NCBI GenBank assembly: GCA_024626585.2
Contig: JANKJI020000002.1
Coordinates: 8,487,240 to 8,509,105 of the forward strand
DNA from: Ginkgo biloba
Taxonomy: Eukaryota; Plantae; Ginkgophyta
Direction of reading: 5' to 3'
DNA: 21,866 bases
Position numbers and translations under genes: made by a program
Shown here: in pieces, positions 1-11,294 of the stretch
Position numbering within the stretch: position 1 is the stretch's first letter
Layout: each line of letters starts with the position of its first letter
The notes under the pieces: generated by a model
Told to the model about the DNA's origin: nothing
The model's input: the letters and a program-made list of their open reading frames with translations, nothing else
Database searches by the model: none

Positions 1-249
1 GCATCTAAGTTAAGAATTCATTCCTTAATTAATAAATCTAAGTCTATTAACCAACCTATGTCACACTAATCCAACATATGAAATTAAAGGAATTGTATTT
101 ATTCCTTACTTTGATGGATCCACTAAGAAATTGTGCCTTAACTAGTAAAAGCCACTAAGAAACTTGACCTTGACTATTTAAATCCTTGAGGTGAATGGAT
201 TCAAATATTTATTAATGTATACATATAACGTGTTTGGGCCTATGAGCGC

Positions 250-3204
250 GCAAGCCATTTCCAACCTTGATTTTCAAAAGTCTCCTGAATATTGAACTCC
301 AATCAATATCTCCTAAGCCTCTTATATGGACACAATACTTAGATTGTGTTGAATTAACTTCCCAATTTGGGTCCACAGGTTGCCTTTAAAGTTTTGGGGA
401 TTCAATAAGCGAATTCCATAATTTCCTCTTTGTTTTCCCTGAATGTCAAAATCCTAGGATTTCTTATAGGCTTTCAATGGTGTAATTCTTCATGAAACAT
501 ATAATGTCCATTTGGGTCCAAAAACTATGCCTTCAAACTTGAAATTTCTCAAAGGTGGTAAACTAAAGGTAATTAGCAACTAACTTCATGCGATTCTTCA
601 ATAATATCAACCTATAATAATTGAGTCATAGTATTAGTGTGTTTTCAACCAGATAAGCAATCTTAGATGCAAAATTCAATTATTGACTTAAAACTGAAGG
701 ATTCAAGTTTTTTTATTACATTGGTTTAATTCTTCTTAACCACATTGGAACAATTTTATGATCCTTTCTTTAGATAATATGGTTTAGACATGATATGATC
801 TTATGATAACTATTTCTATAGATGGGGCCCTATTTATGGGTCAACAAGGAGGCCTTCCTGGGGAAGATTTCCCCTTATAGGTATGTAGATCCTAGAATCT
901 CTAGTCTAACAACCATTTATTTAAACCATGTCCTTTATCACTTCATTTAAAATCTTTACTTTGAAATGGGGNNNNNNNNNNNNNNNNNNNNNNNNNNNNN
1001 NNNNATTTGATGTGTTACATGCATACTACAATATATAAGATCTTGAAAAGATAAATCTTATGATGAAATTGGTGGCACAAATCATGTCCATGATTTAGAA
1101 CTTGCTATAAAAATGAAGATTTAATAAGAAAAGGAACTCAATATACTACATTTATTTCCTCATGATGGGAGAAAATTTAATTAAGTGCAAGATAAAAAAC
1201 ATCAAATTCTCTATGCATACTACAATGCCAAGTATGTGAGGCACTAGAAATAATAGAAGGNNNNNNNNNNNNNNNNNNNNNNNNNNNNNNNNNNNNNNNN
1301 NNNNNNNNNNNNNNNNNNNNNNNNNNNNNNNNNNNNNNNNNNNNNNNNNNNNNNNNNNNNTACAATGATAGAGGATGGGAGGGATGATAAAGTAATGGGG
1401 GAAGGGAGAGGGAGAAATGTAGAGGGTATAGTGGAAACTATCTCAGTGGTGAGGGGGATTCTTTATGAAGAGAAAGTGGAAGGAAATGTGGTGGTGATAA
1501 TTAGATTTATAATGGTAGAGATGATGGGAGTACTTATGGGAGGAGTTGTCATAGGTGTGGTAACAANNNNNNNNNNNNNNNNNNNNNNNNNNNNNNNNNN
1601 NNNNNNNNNNNNNNNNNNNNNNNNNNNNNNNNNNNNNNNNNNNNNNNATGGAAGAAATGATTATGGTAGTAGTTGTTGGGGTTGGCAGATGAACCTCAAT
1701 TATCCCCATGGATAACCCTCTCAATATATTTTGTTGTATTTCCTCATTTATTTCCTCTAGATATTTTATTTCAACATCTTCTTCATAGGTTTGGTATGAG
1801 GTACCCTTGGGCTCCTAAACGTATCTTATTCTAAATTCCACCTCTTCCTAATTTTGGGGGTATAATTAGAATCAATCCTCTTCTTGGATTTATTGATGGA
1901 TATAAGTTGTTCTAACCTTATCTTAGATTGATGCTAGGTGATCCTTCACCTTACCATAAGGGTCCCAATAACTTATTACTCCCTTGGCCTTCAGATTCAT
2001 CATCTCTATCTCCCAGGAGACCTTTTCTAGTGTAAGCCAATTCTAAAAATAGAAATCACCTATGTTAAATAGAAGGTGGGGATAGGGATTTTGGTTTTCC
2101 ATTTTGCATCTCCTAGCCACATCAAATTTGCACTACCTATCTACCTCTAAAGCAACCAACTTGTCAGGGACGTGGGGTGTTAGTGCAATGGGTGGGATGA
2201 GTGTTCCTTCCACCCTTATAGTGGTGGCCTTGGAAAAATACCACCAAAGTCCAATTGGGTGTAAATCCCTTCTTATTACTTTAGAGATTCTAAGAATGTC
2301 TTCTCTTTGTATGGCTCTATAGATAGGGGGGTAGAAATGGGTGCATATTAGGATAATATGACTATGGTAATTATGTACATAGAGTGCTTAAAATAACACA
2401 TGGATTGGATCACCTTATGGGTGTGGCTATGAAGGGAACAATGNNNNNNNNNNNNNNNNNNNNNNNNNNNNNNNNNNNNNNNNNNNNNNNNNNNNAAGAA
2501 TCCCCCCTACCTAGTTTGGAGATCTACTAATTGGTGTGTAAGTTGAAAGAGAGGAGGTCTGAGAGGTCCAGTTTCCTGTCATTCATGATAATCTCTCTCA
2601 ACAAGGGAACCTAGTACTAGTTCATATGGTTAGTATTAACTGTACCATATAAGCTATTTAATAGTAGCATCTTGATTCTGACCCCTCTTCTAAAGTGTGA
2701 TATGGGGTAGTATAGGATGGCCCTCTTCTTGAAAGTGTTAGAGTTGATGGCCCACTAATTCAGAATTGTCTTCAAGATGTCCTTCCCTTTTAAGACAACC
2801 TTAATTATATCAATGTTGTAAACCATATTTGGATGGGGCCTCTTATACATGTCATAGAATANNNNNNNNNNNNNNNNNNNNNNNNNNNNNNNNNNNNNNN
2901 NNNNNNNNNNNNNNNNNNNNNNNNNNNNNNNNNNNNNNNNNNNNNNNNNNNNNNNNNNNNNTACACATTAATAGAAAAAGGGTTACTCTTATACTCTATG
3001 ACATCATCTAATACCTCCTCTTGCCATGTATAAAGGCTCTCTACCTTCTCTACCTCATAATAAATGTCATTATAAGTCTCTCCTAAGGTGTGTATTAGTG
3101 AATTATAATTTGTAGATAGCTAGGAGCTTGATATCAATAGGTTTTGGGGCTATTGGGATTGCAATTTAACTCTCTATCCATCCACAATCAATTGGGAAGC
3201 TTAA
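250..3204 (-). mobile_element. Highly decayed LTR-retrotransposon (Ty3/gypsy, possibly Tat/Ogre-like) gag region and leader
   Basis: Manual minus-strand translation across stops and frameshifts: ~1060-1220 HREFDVFYLALN*..HEE.NVVY / KSWT*FVPPISS*DLSFQDL resembles a gag capsid segment; ~280-400 PNWEVNSTQSKYCVHIRGLGDIDWSSIFRRLLKIKVG resembles an eroded gag Zn-knuckle region; Pro/Ser/Thr-rich low-complexity stretch at 1365-1720. Boundaries approximate. Confidence 0.35.
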
Positions 3205-4187
3205 TGTACCACAAATAAGCAAATTTATGCTCAACAAAAATTCAAGGATCAACAATAATACCTGTAGGATGCTCTAAATCAAAAATACTTTGAATGCATG
3301 TGTTCTCTGCCTTCTACACTGTGTTCACCCTTAGCTCAAACTTTGGAAATTATCAAAGATGGTGTAGATCAACCTCTTTAATGCAAGCTTAATGGAAATA
3401 AATATTTAGTTCTACATGTGAGGCAAATTTATCCCATTTTGAATATCAACCCTACACATCGCACCATCTGAAGGAATTAGGATTGTAGAATATCTTGAGA
3501 ACTTGAACCCACCCCCATTTTGTCATTTTACCTAACAAACTTACGAAGGTCCATGATTGAGATAAGTGGCATCATCTTGGAGCACTTGGGATCAAATGGC
3601 TTGGTGAGTAGATCCTTTTTCCTATTATTCCCATAGGTTATGAAGAGGTGAGAGATGGAGACACATGGCATAATCCTAGATACCCGAGCATAGTAGTGTT
3701 TTCTAACCATATTTCTTTGGTCATTCTCTTTTTGTGTGTTTGAGAACCCCCTCTAAGATCTGCATATGTGGCATGATCTCAATGGAACTAACCTTATAGC
3801 CCTTTGGTATTTCTCCTTTTCCCTTTATGACCTGCAAGACTATGGTCTCTCAATATGGAGATTCATGGTAGCATCTTATGGGTCTAGAGCTCATGGTGCA
3901 CTTCAAAGTTCCTTCTAAGGTTTCCAAATGTGGTTGGGAGAAGAGCCACGAGATATTTCCAAATGGCACAATCTCATGATGTTTGGATGTGCCATCCTTT
4001 GAATTATATTTCCCTGTCTACTTTATCTTATATTTTTAATGTATGACTAGGATTTGAGACATGTGTCATCATCTCGTAGAATGTTAGACTTGTAGCCCCC
4101 TTTTATAGCCCTGTTACCTCAGTATTTTATCCCTATGCTCTAGAGAGTGCCTAAGGTTCATACACATGTCATTATCTCATGTGATGT
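3205..4187 (-). mobile_element. Putative LTR (5' LTR of the minus-strand element)
   Basis: Minus-strand CTATAAAAGGGGG TATA motif typical of plant LTRs (plus-strand cccccttttatag, 4096-4108); TGT at 3205 would be the ...ACA LTR end on the minus strand, upstream of the gag remnant. The other end lies in or beyond the gap at 4188. No second LTR copy available for confirmation. Confidence 0.3.
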
Positions 4188-4287
4188 NNNNNNNNNNNNN
4201 NNNNNNNNNNNNNNNNNNNNNNNNNNNNNNNNNNNNNNNNNNNNNNNNNNNNNNNNNNNNNNNNNNNNNNNNNNNNNNNNNNNNNNN

Positions 4288-4640
4288 GATGTAGGGGGAA
4301 CTTCGTCAAGTCAAAAATGCCACTCAGCATTTTTATACCATAGCGTCCCAAATCGCTCGAGAATTGTCTTATGTCCATAGCCGTTCCACTTTTATTCCTT
4401 GCGATTGTCCTCTCAGGGAACCTTCTAGTGGTGGGCAACTAATCTTAGAGCATATTGATAATGATAGACCCATGCACGATGGGGAAAATCGCCAGAGATG
4501 AAGTTGTTAGAGCTATTTTTTTTGTCTTGGAGCATCTACGACTGGGCGTGAAGTTTTCTGACTGTTCGTGTAAAGGGGGTCTCACGACGCCTTGGCCGTT
4601 AGGATGATTTCTTGATGAGAGTCAGTATTGGGAAAGGGAG
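4288..4640 (-). pseudogene. Fragment of a possible retroelement-associated extra ORF (N-terminal part)
   Basis: Frameshifted minus translation DFPHRAWVYHYQYALRLVAHH* / FPERTIARNKSGTAMDIRQFSSDLGRYGIKMLSGIFDL; preceded on the minus strand by a CT-rich leader (4655-4750) and a TATA-like CATAAATAAAAGGG (~4803-4817). Confidence 0.3.
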
Positions 4641-4724
4641 GATGATATATTGTAACAAAAAGAAAGAAAAAGAGGAGGAAAGGGGAGAAGATAAAGAAAA
4701 TAAGGAGAAATAGAAAAGAAAAAG

Positions 4725-4746
4725 GAGAGAGAGAGAGAGAGAGAGA
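4725..4746. repeat. (GA)11 microsatellite at the end of a ~90-nt polypurine tract
   Basis: Directly visible: 22 nt of perfect GA repeat; 4657-4748 is almost entirely purine. Confidence 0.95.
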
Positions 4747-5054
4747 AATGATCTAAAAAAATATGTAAAAAGTTATGGATCCTTGGGTGAGATGTAGCCT
4801 CACCCTTTTATTTATGCCTCTAACTGAAAGAACTAACTAAAGTAGACACTAACCACTAAAGTTAAAAAACCATTAGGGATCACTTTTTTCCTTTTCCCTT
4901 TATAATCTATCTCCAATATGGAAATCTTCATGCTCTAGGAAAGGCATACATAAGTTCTGAGTTGGTTGGTTATGATGGCGAGTGACTTAGCATGGATATC
5001 CCCATGAATCATGTATATGGGTATCGTTCACACTTGTGAGATAACTAAATGAGA

Positions 5055-7225
5055 TCATATGGGTGCCCCCTTCCCTTTTTCTCTGGATGCTAGGCATTTT
5101 TCATGGTCAACATTAATTTTTGAAGTATTTATAACCAGGTCCTTGATCTTAGATGCTACCTTTGACACTATTTTAATGTAGTCTATCATAATTGGGTTCA
5201 AGAATTGCTTCATACACTGAGATATTTCTGATTTCCTTGCCACACCAATGATGAACTCATGAATGTCCATATTTCCCTATTCTTCTACTAATGCCAACTT
5301 CCTAGAGAACTAATTCATACAATCACCAAGGGTGGCATCAAATTATTCCTCTGCACACAATGTGTTATCCTACTTTATCATTGGGGGAATCTCATCATTG
5401 GAAAGCAATGACTAGATGTTTTAGGAGGATAATTTTTAGGTGAATATTTGATGTTACTAATGGGAGTGTCACCATCCTCCAAAATCCACCTCAACTTTGC
5501 CAAGACATTTTCATATGTGACCACCTCATCCAAACTCAGGAGTGGGACATTGGGCAATAGGTTTCTACGAGCGACATTCCCCAGGGTTGCCAATTTGGCT
5601 TCCCATTCACCGATTTGGCTTAATGATCTCTGAATTTTATGGTGGACTTGGTGACCTATAGCTTTAGCTTCCTTGAATTATCCAAATGATTTAAATAGGA
5701 TTTACCTTTTAAAGGAACCCCTAAATCTTTGTACCCATAAACAAGGATACCATAATTATATCATGAGCCTGTGACAACTCCATTTGCATCCTTTCTACAA
5801 CCTCTTTAGACATTTNNNNNNNNNNNNNNNNNNNNNNNNNNNNNNNNNNNNNNNNNNNNNNNNNNNNNNNNNNNNNNNNNNNNNNNNNNNNNNNNNNNNN
5901 NNNNNNNNNNNNNNNTTGAAAAAATTTACACATGTGAAGTTATTCATACTAGGAAATTCAATTTCTTTATTAGTTGGTGGGGGGGAGTTATGAAAATGCT
6001 TCATCTTCCTTTGGCAATGAATCAGATAAAAGGGGAATTGCACCCTGTGAATAGGGGTTAGATAATTATCAATGAGCAATAAGAGAAGAGATTAGAGAGA
6101 GTAAGAGAGTCTTCGAAGACTAAAAAAATCCATTCCATTATGTACTTAGATTATTCTATGCAAAATCCTTATGAGTGTGACTTAAGACGAAGGCATAGGC
6201 ACACGACTTTATAATCTTTTGGTGAGAGAACATATTTTATCCTTTCTATTATCAATCTATAATTTTTATTCCCCATTAGGGTTTCTCCAATTAAAAACCT
6301 TGTTCATCTTTATAATACTGTATGTTTGGTTTCCACTATTATGATCTTGAATTGCCAGACTCAAGCATTTTGTATTGCATACATGATTAAGACACATAAT
6401 CATATTTTGGTAGGTAAAGAAAATTAAGAGAACAAGAATCCATAGTTATTTACATTTGGAGATTTTTACTCACCCACTAAGATACATATCAATAGGATAC
6501 CATATAAAAATGAGGCTTATGGGGTAATTCAACCATTTGGTGAGAGATCATCTTATTCATGATATTCACCCAATTGAAAATATGGCCTCTCTTCATCACC
6601 TAATAAACTACCCATACCATGTAATGATACATTTTACTGGTATCTATTTTACCAAATATTTTACTCAACAAGGAAACTGCATGTTTATATTCCCTTTCTA
6701 ATTTGCCTATATCATAAGAAATCTTACTAGTCGAATGTGAAACTAGTGCTTCCCTCCATGAATTACATGGAATCGACTATTTACATGGAATAACCTCAGA
6801 AAATGTTGTTGCTTAAACCATACCATGCCTCCATAATGGTTCTTATTTCCTTATTTCTTCAGGTAACTGCATGAAGTCTTAAAAAATTATCCCAAAAATC
6901 GTTTGACAAGTATCTTGAGTGTTTATAATTTCCACCATTTATAGGACTTTANNNNNNNNNNNNNNNNNNNNNNNNNNNNNNNNNNNNNNNNNNNNNNNNN
7001 NNNNNNNNNNNNNNNNNNNNNNNNNNNNNNNNNNNNNNNNNNNNNNNNNNNTTTCATGAAATTGCACTTGGTATATCTAGTGATTTTTCAAGCTTGTACA
7101 TCTAAAAAACTCTTTTCTTATCCTGGCTCTGATTCCAATGATCTCCTATGCTAGATAGGAGGAGGCAAATAGATTTAGGAATCTACTTATAAGTGCATAG
7201 TGACTAAGAAGGAATATTTAGACAT
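5055..7225 (-). pseudogene. Decayed long ORF resembling the uncharacterised extra ORF of plant LTR retrotransposons
   Basis: Colinear minus-strand blocks: candidate ATG at 7225; SFLDVQA*KITRYTKCNFM (~7055-7111); YDIGKLEREYKHAVSLLSKIFGKIDTSKMYHYMVWVVY*VMKRGHIFNWVNIMNKMISHQMVELPHKPHFYMVSY (~6492-6716); MSKEVVERMQ and ILVYG (~5734-5813); further open stretches 5378-5593 and 5055-5270 ending EKGKG. Several stops and frameshifts. The order L..IFG...FNW..I...Q......FYM.SY matches, from memory, gymnosperm TE-derived hypothetical proteins. Confidence 0.5.
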
Positions 7226-7595
7226 GATGTAAATTAAATTTGGTTAATAAGTTCACTAAAATAAAGGCAAATAACAATTAAAGTGCACAAAGATCCTTGG
7301 TTTTATACATTAATAACACCTAGAGATACATGGTTGAAATTGGAGTTCAATGAGATGAGAATTGAAGAAGGAAAAACATCTTCATCCAATTGTTCAAAGG
7401 ATTTCTTCTTTGTGAAAACCATTAACATTCCTATGAATGTACTATGTCACTAAGTAAAAACAAAGTTCAAGGATTCCTTCCATAAGGAAAAACTAAAACA
7501 AAAACTTAACCAAGTGAGTGTTTGTACCATGGACATGGATTTTCTAGCTATGTGAGAGGAAATCCAAAAGGGCTTTCCAACCACAAAAAAATATT

Positions 7596-7611
7596 GAGAG
7601 AGAGAGAGAGA
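7596..7611. repeat. (GA)8 microsatellite
   Basis: Directly visible 16-nt GA repeat. Confidence 0.9.
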
Positions 7612-7969
7612 TATAATTAAATATGATTTACATTTTTATAATTCTTCTCCATTAGGTTTTAGGTTTTAGAGAAGAGTTAGTTATAATTAAAGAAATGAAG
7701 AGAGAGAATAAGAAGTTACAAGTAACCCATTTCAAGAATCTGAATTAAAAAAGAAAAAATTATTCTCAAGTGTTGGAAATAATTCCGTATGTGTAATATA
7801 TGAAAGAACATTGGGACAACCAAAATATTCCAAACAATGTGAGTGGAATGTTTGGCTGGATCAAAGTACCAAGGTAATACAGTTAATAACTAAACTCTTT
7901 TTTTCTTATATTAAACTCCTATAATGTTTGCATCAAAATAACAAGTGTTATTCATATTAAGAATGATAT

Positions 7970-8563
7970 TTGGCTGATTGCTAATAGGGAATGAATGTGA
8001 AGGTAATATTAGAGAATGAAAATCATAGTGATGGAGGCCTATTAAGGATTATGTTAAGAGTGGCACTTAATTCGTTGGGTCTACTCAATAGAGAGACAAT
8101 GCTAATTCGTTGGGATTTTGTAAGTGCCAACACTCCTAAGCCTCAACACAATATATCTGTATAGCAGAGAATGCAAGTGGAAATTGTAATATATGGATAA
8201 TTAATATTCAATACAAAAGTGGCTAATAAGAGCATATAACAATTAATGCTTGAATAGAGTATGTATCATTGGATTCATTAAGTACACGCTTGAGAAGATC
8301 AAATAAGCTTACTGAGAAAACCAATAGGAATATAATAAGTTATAGATTATTAAATTATATATAATCTAAATTACTGAGAAAACTAACTTTCTACACAGAA
8401 TAAAGGGTGTGATTGTAACAGTAACATTATTAAATTATTTAGGCTATTTGCTAACAGGGAATGAATGTGCATGCAAATCATGATGATGGAGGTCTGTCAA
8501 GGATTATTTTTTGAATGATGCTTAGTTCATCAAGTTTACTTGAAAGAGAGAAAATGTTCATTT
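7970..8563 (+). repeat. Diverged two-copy direct repeat (~7970-8108 and ~8441-8563)
   Basis: ggctgattgctaatagggaatgaatgtg...aaatcatagtgatggaggcctattaaggattat versus ggctatttgctaacagggaatgaatgtg...aaatcatgatgatggaggtctgtcaaggattat; copies start ~470 nt apart and the second has an internal deletion. Confidence 0.8.
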
Positions 8564-9837
8564 CATTGTACAAAAGAGAGTAGAGATTCATGGCCAAGAT
8601 AGGATGAATAGAAAAATACCTTAAATTTCCCCTCAATGCTCTAACAAGAAAAAATTTGCTAGAAATTAAGCGGTAGTGGAGAAAAACTTAAACAGATAGC
8701 ATCTCTCAAAAATCATGTAGTGGAGAAAACTTCATGATATACAAGACAAATTATTCAAAAGACATAAATTTGCACGGATGGCATTCCATGGGGCATGGCT
8801 CATGGTGTATGGCATGCAAGCATTGAATGGGATGGCAGAGGAGTTAATGTGATGGCACTCGGGTAATGATTGAGTAATGATTTATTTTTATATATGTATT
8901 TGCATGGTAGATTGAGTAGTGAATTCATTTTACCTTTATAGAGTTCATTTTATTATTAAATTCAATAAATTAAATATTTATAGANNNNNNNNNNNNNNNN
9001 NNNNNNNNNNNNNNNNNNNNNNNNNNNNNNNNNNNNNNNNNNNNNNNNNNNNNNNNNNNNNNNNNNNNNNNNNNNNNNNNNNNNCATTTGAACGCATGGC
9101 ATCCTCCCTGAGCTTCCCATTTGCCCCTCTGTATTCCTCTCTACCCTATTTTCCCCCGTAGAGCTCTCCTTGGTCCTCTCTCTCTCTTCCCCTTTCTCTA
9201 TGCAACCTCGTGTTTGCTTGGTGTGTCTTCCTCGTGGTCATTCCATATTATCCTCATCCTACAGTCTAGTCGTGGCCCGTATAATCTCTCTACCATGTCC
9301 TATCTCTACCCATGGCCTATGTAGGCCTCCCTGTAGCCTCCTTATCTTTCCTTGTGGCCTTCCTACACCATGGGTTGGTTATGTGCCTCCTTGGATGGTG
9401 GTCTCCCTTGTAGACCTCATCGGCTCCTGTAGTATGGCCCTGCGTACCCATTGCGGGCTTATACTATCACTACATCGCCCTACAAATGCCAAACGATGAT
9501 AAATAAATAAATAAAAACTAAAATCAAACCATAGAAATAAAAAAAACTAAAGTTCTTTCAATTATTTCATTAAGCCCCCTCCTCTTAACACCATGGTAAC
9601 TTGAAATCACACAAAACCAGACCCCAAGAGCTTAAGAATAAACAAATCAATGTTAATAGTTTTTTATCAATTTTACAAGATCCCTTTTCACTTTAGTTTT
9701 GCCACTTCGTGCATCCATCAACCAAAAAGATTTCTTTTCATTTTGGGAGGGATTTCTCTCCCATTTAGCCTTAAGAGACCAAGAGACCAATAAATACCAT
9801 AAGTTGAAAACCAAGGACAAAAAAATAAGTTATTTTT

Positions 9838-10066
9838 GTGCGTCAAGCGGGCCTTTGTCGTTTAATAAATGGCCTTCATTGTTTGACAAACGAGTTTGTA
9901 TCGTTCGTCGAATGGCCTCTTTGNNNNNNNNNNNNNNNNNNNNNNNNNNNNNNNNNNNTTGATCGAATGGCCTTTAGTCGTTTGTCAAACGAGCCTTTAG
10001 CATTCATTGAACGATGTTTAGTCGTTCATCAAACAAGCTTGGGTTATTTGTTGAACAAGCCTTAGG
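9838..10066. repeat. Tandem array of ~21-23-bp units containing the palindrome TCGTTYGNCRAACGA plus a GCCTTTAG-like linker
   Basis: About nine visible units, e.g. tcgtttgtcaaacga (9978-9992), ttgtttgacaaacga, tcgttcgtcgaatgg, tcgttcatcaaacaa; a short N gap lies inside the array. Confidence 0.8.
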
Positions 10067-11038
10067 CCTCACCTTTTCCCTCCCCGATGTACTACAATGA
10101 TATAATCACATAAAAAAATAAATTTAAAATTAAGGTTGTTGACATGGATCTCCCTTGCCACATGTCGGCGGGTACCCGNNNNNNNNNNNNNNNNNNNNNN
10201 NNNNNNNNNNNNNNNNNNNNNNNNNNNNNNNNNNNNNNNNNNNNNNNNNNNNNNNNNNNNNNNNNNNNNNNNNNNNNNTAAAGGTATTTTTATATTTAAG
10301 TTAGATTATAATATGGGTAGTTCTTTTATGAGATTGTATAGAATTATTATTTTTCCCACTTTGTTCATTTTTAGAATTGTAAGAGAATTAACAAAATAAA
10401 TAATTGAAATGATTAAAGAAGCATATAGAAAACAAATGGATTCAAATCCAAAAAAAAATCAATTATATTTCAAAAAATTATCTTACACAAATACTAAATT
10501 TGATGTCAAACAGCCAATATTATCCTTATTTAGAGACTTGGAAAGACTTTTAAATAAGAAATTGAAGTTATAATCATGGCATTTAAGTTCCTCTAAGCAT
10601 AGTACACAACTAATGATATATATTTAAAACTATAATTTTTTATTCCTATGCTTTAAGAGTTTCATGAATGAACATAACTTGATCTAAGGTAAACACTTAC
10701 TAGTCCATACAATATTAGAAGTTTTTCCATGTAACCAAAATCATTACAATCTTACAATAGGTGTTTATAACCGTTAGATATTTTCTAATAGCCAGTAATG
10801 GGTGGAGAAGACCCTTTAAATTTGAATAAAACCCTTTGCTCTTCTTCGTATATTTATTTCTTATGAAACTTTATATCTTCTTAGTAGTCCTATAATTAAA
10901 AGGGAATAAATTAAAAATGTTAATAATGAAGTAAATGACATGAAGATCTCGTGGTGTTTCTCTAATATGAAATGACATCCAAATGGCATTGGCTTATGAT
11001 ATTGAAATGTAACCCACAAATGTTTAAAACTTTAATTT

Positions 11039-11286
11039 AACCTTGTATTTCATGATAGATCAAAACATATAGAGAGTAGGTATCACTTACTCATACAACT
11101 CATAAGAAAAAGGGAAATTAAACTATAGTATTTCTAGACTGAAGATAATATTACTAATATATTTACTAAGTCTTTACACAAAGCCATGCATGAGTACCTC
11201 AAAAATGGACTTATCTTGGAGAATTTTGACAATAAGATAAAGACTATGGAGCCTACTCATCATTCAACTCAAGGAGTTTTTGAATG
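11039..11286 (+). mobile_element. Ty1/copia retrotransposon pol remnant: RNase H C-terminus (pseudogenised)
   Basis: Single frame from 11039: NLVFHDRSKHIESRYHLLIQLIRKREIKL*YF*TEDNITNIFTKSLHKAMHEYLKNGL, matching the copia consensus NPVFH.R.KHIE.RYHFIR.......I.L.Y..TEDQ.ADIFTK.L; two in-frame stops. Missed by the ORF track. Confidence 0.88.
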
Positions 11287-11294
11287 AGGGTGAT

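Noticed and set aside
1365-1724. ORFs 1365-1715 (+) and 1443-1724 (-) as genes
   Set aside because: Low-complexity, span an N gap, and are best explained as decayed Pro/Thr-rich gag-region sequence and its antisense.
8919-9499. Three overlapping plus-strand ORFs
   Set aside because: Open only because of C/T-rich composition or Ns; no recognisable domain; mostly non-ATG starts.
9838-10066. CRISPR array
   Set aside because: Linkers are only 6-8 nt and resemble each other, there are no cas genes, and the context is plant-like TE DNA.
10560-10720. Copia integrase remnant upstream of the RNase H
   Set aside because: Only vague similarity across frameshifts, and too close to RNase H to leave room for RT without a large deletion.
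11190-11260. Gypsy chromodomain (EYL.KW...T.EP-like)
   Set aside because: It needs frameshifts, whereas the same bases read in frame as the tail of the clear copia RNase H.
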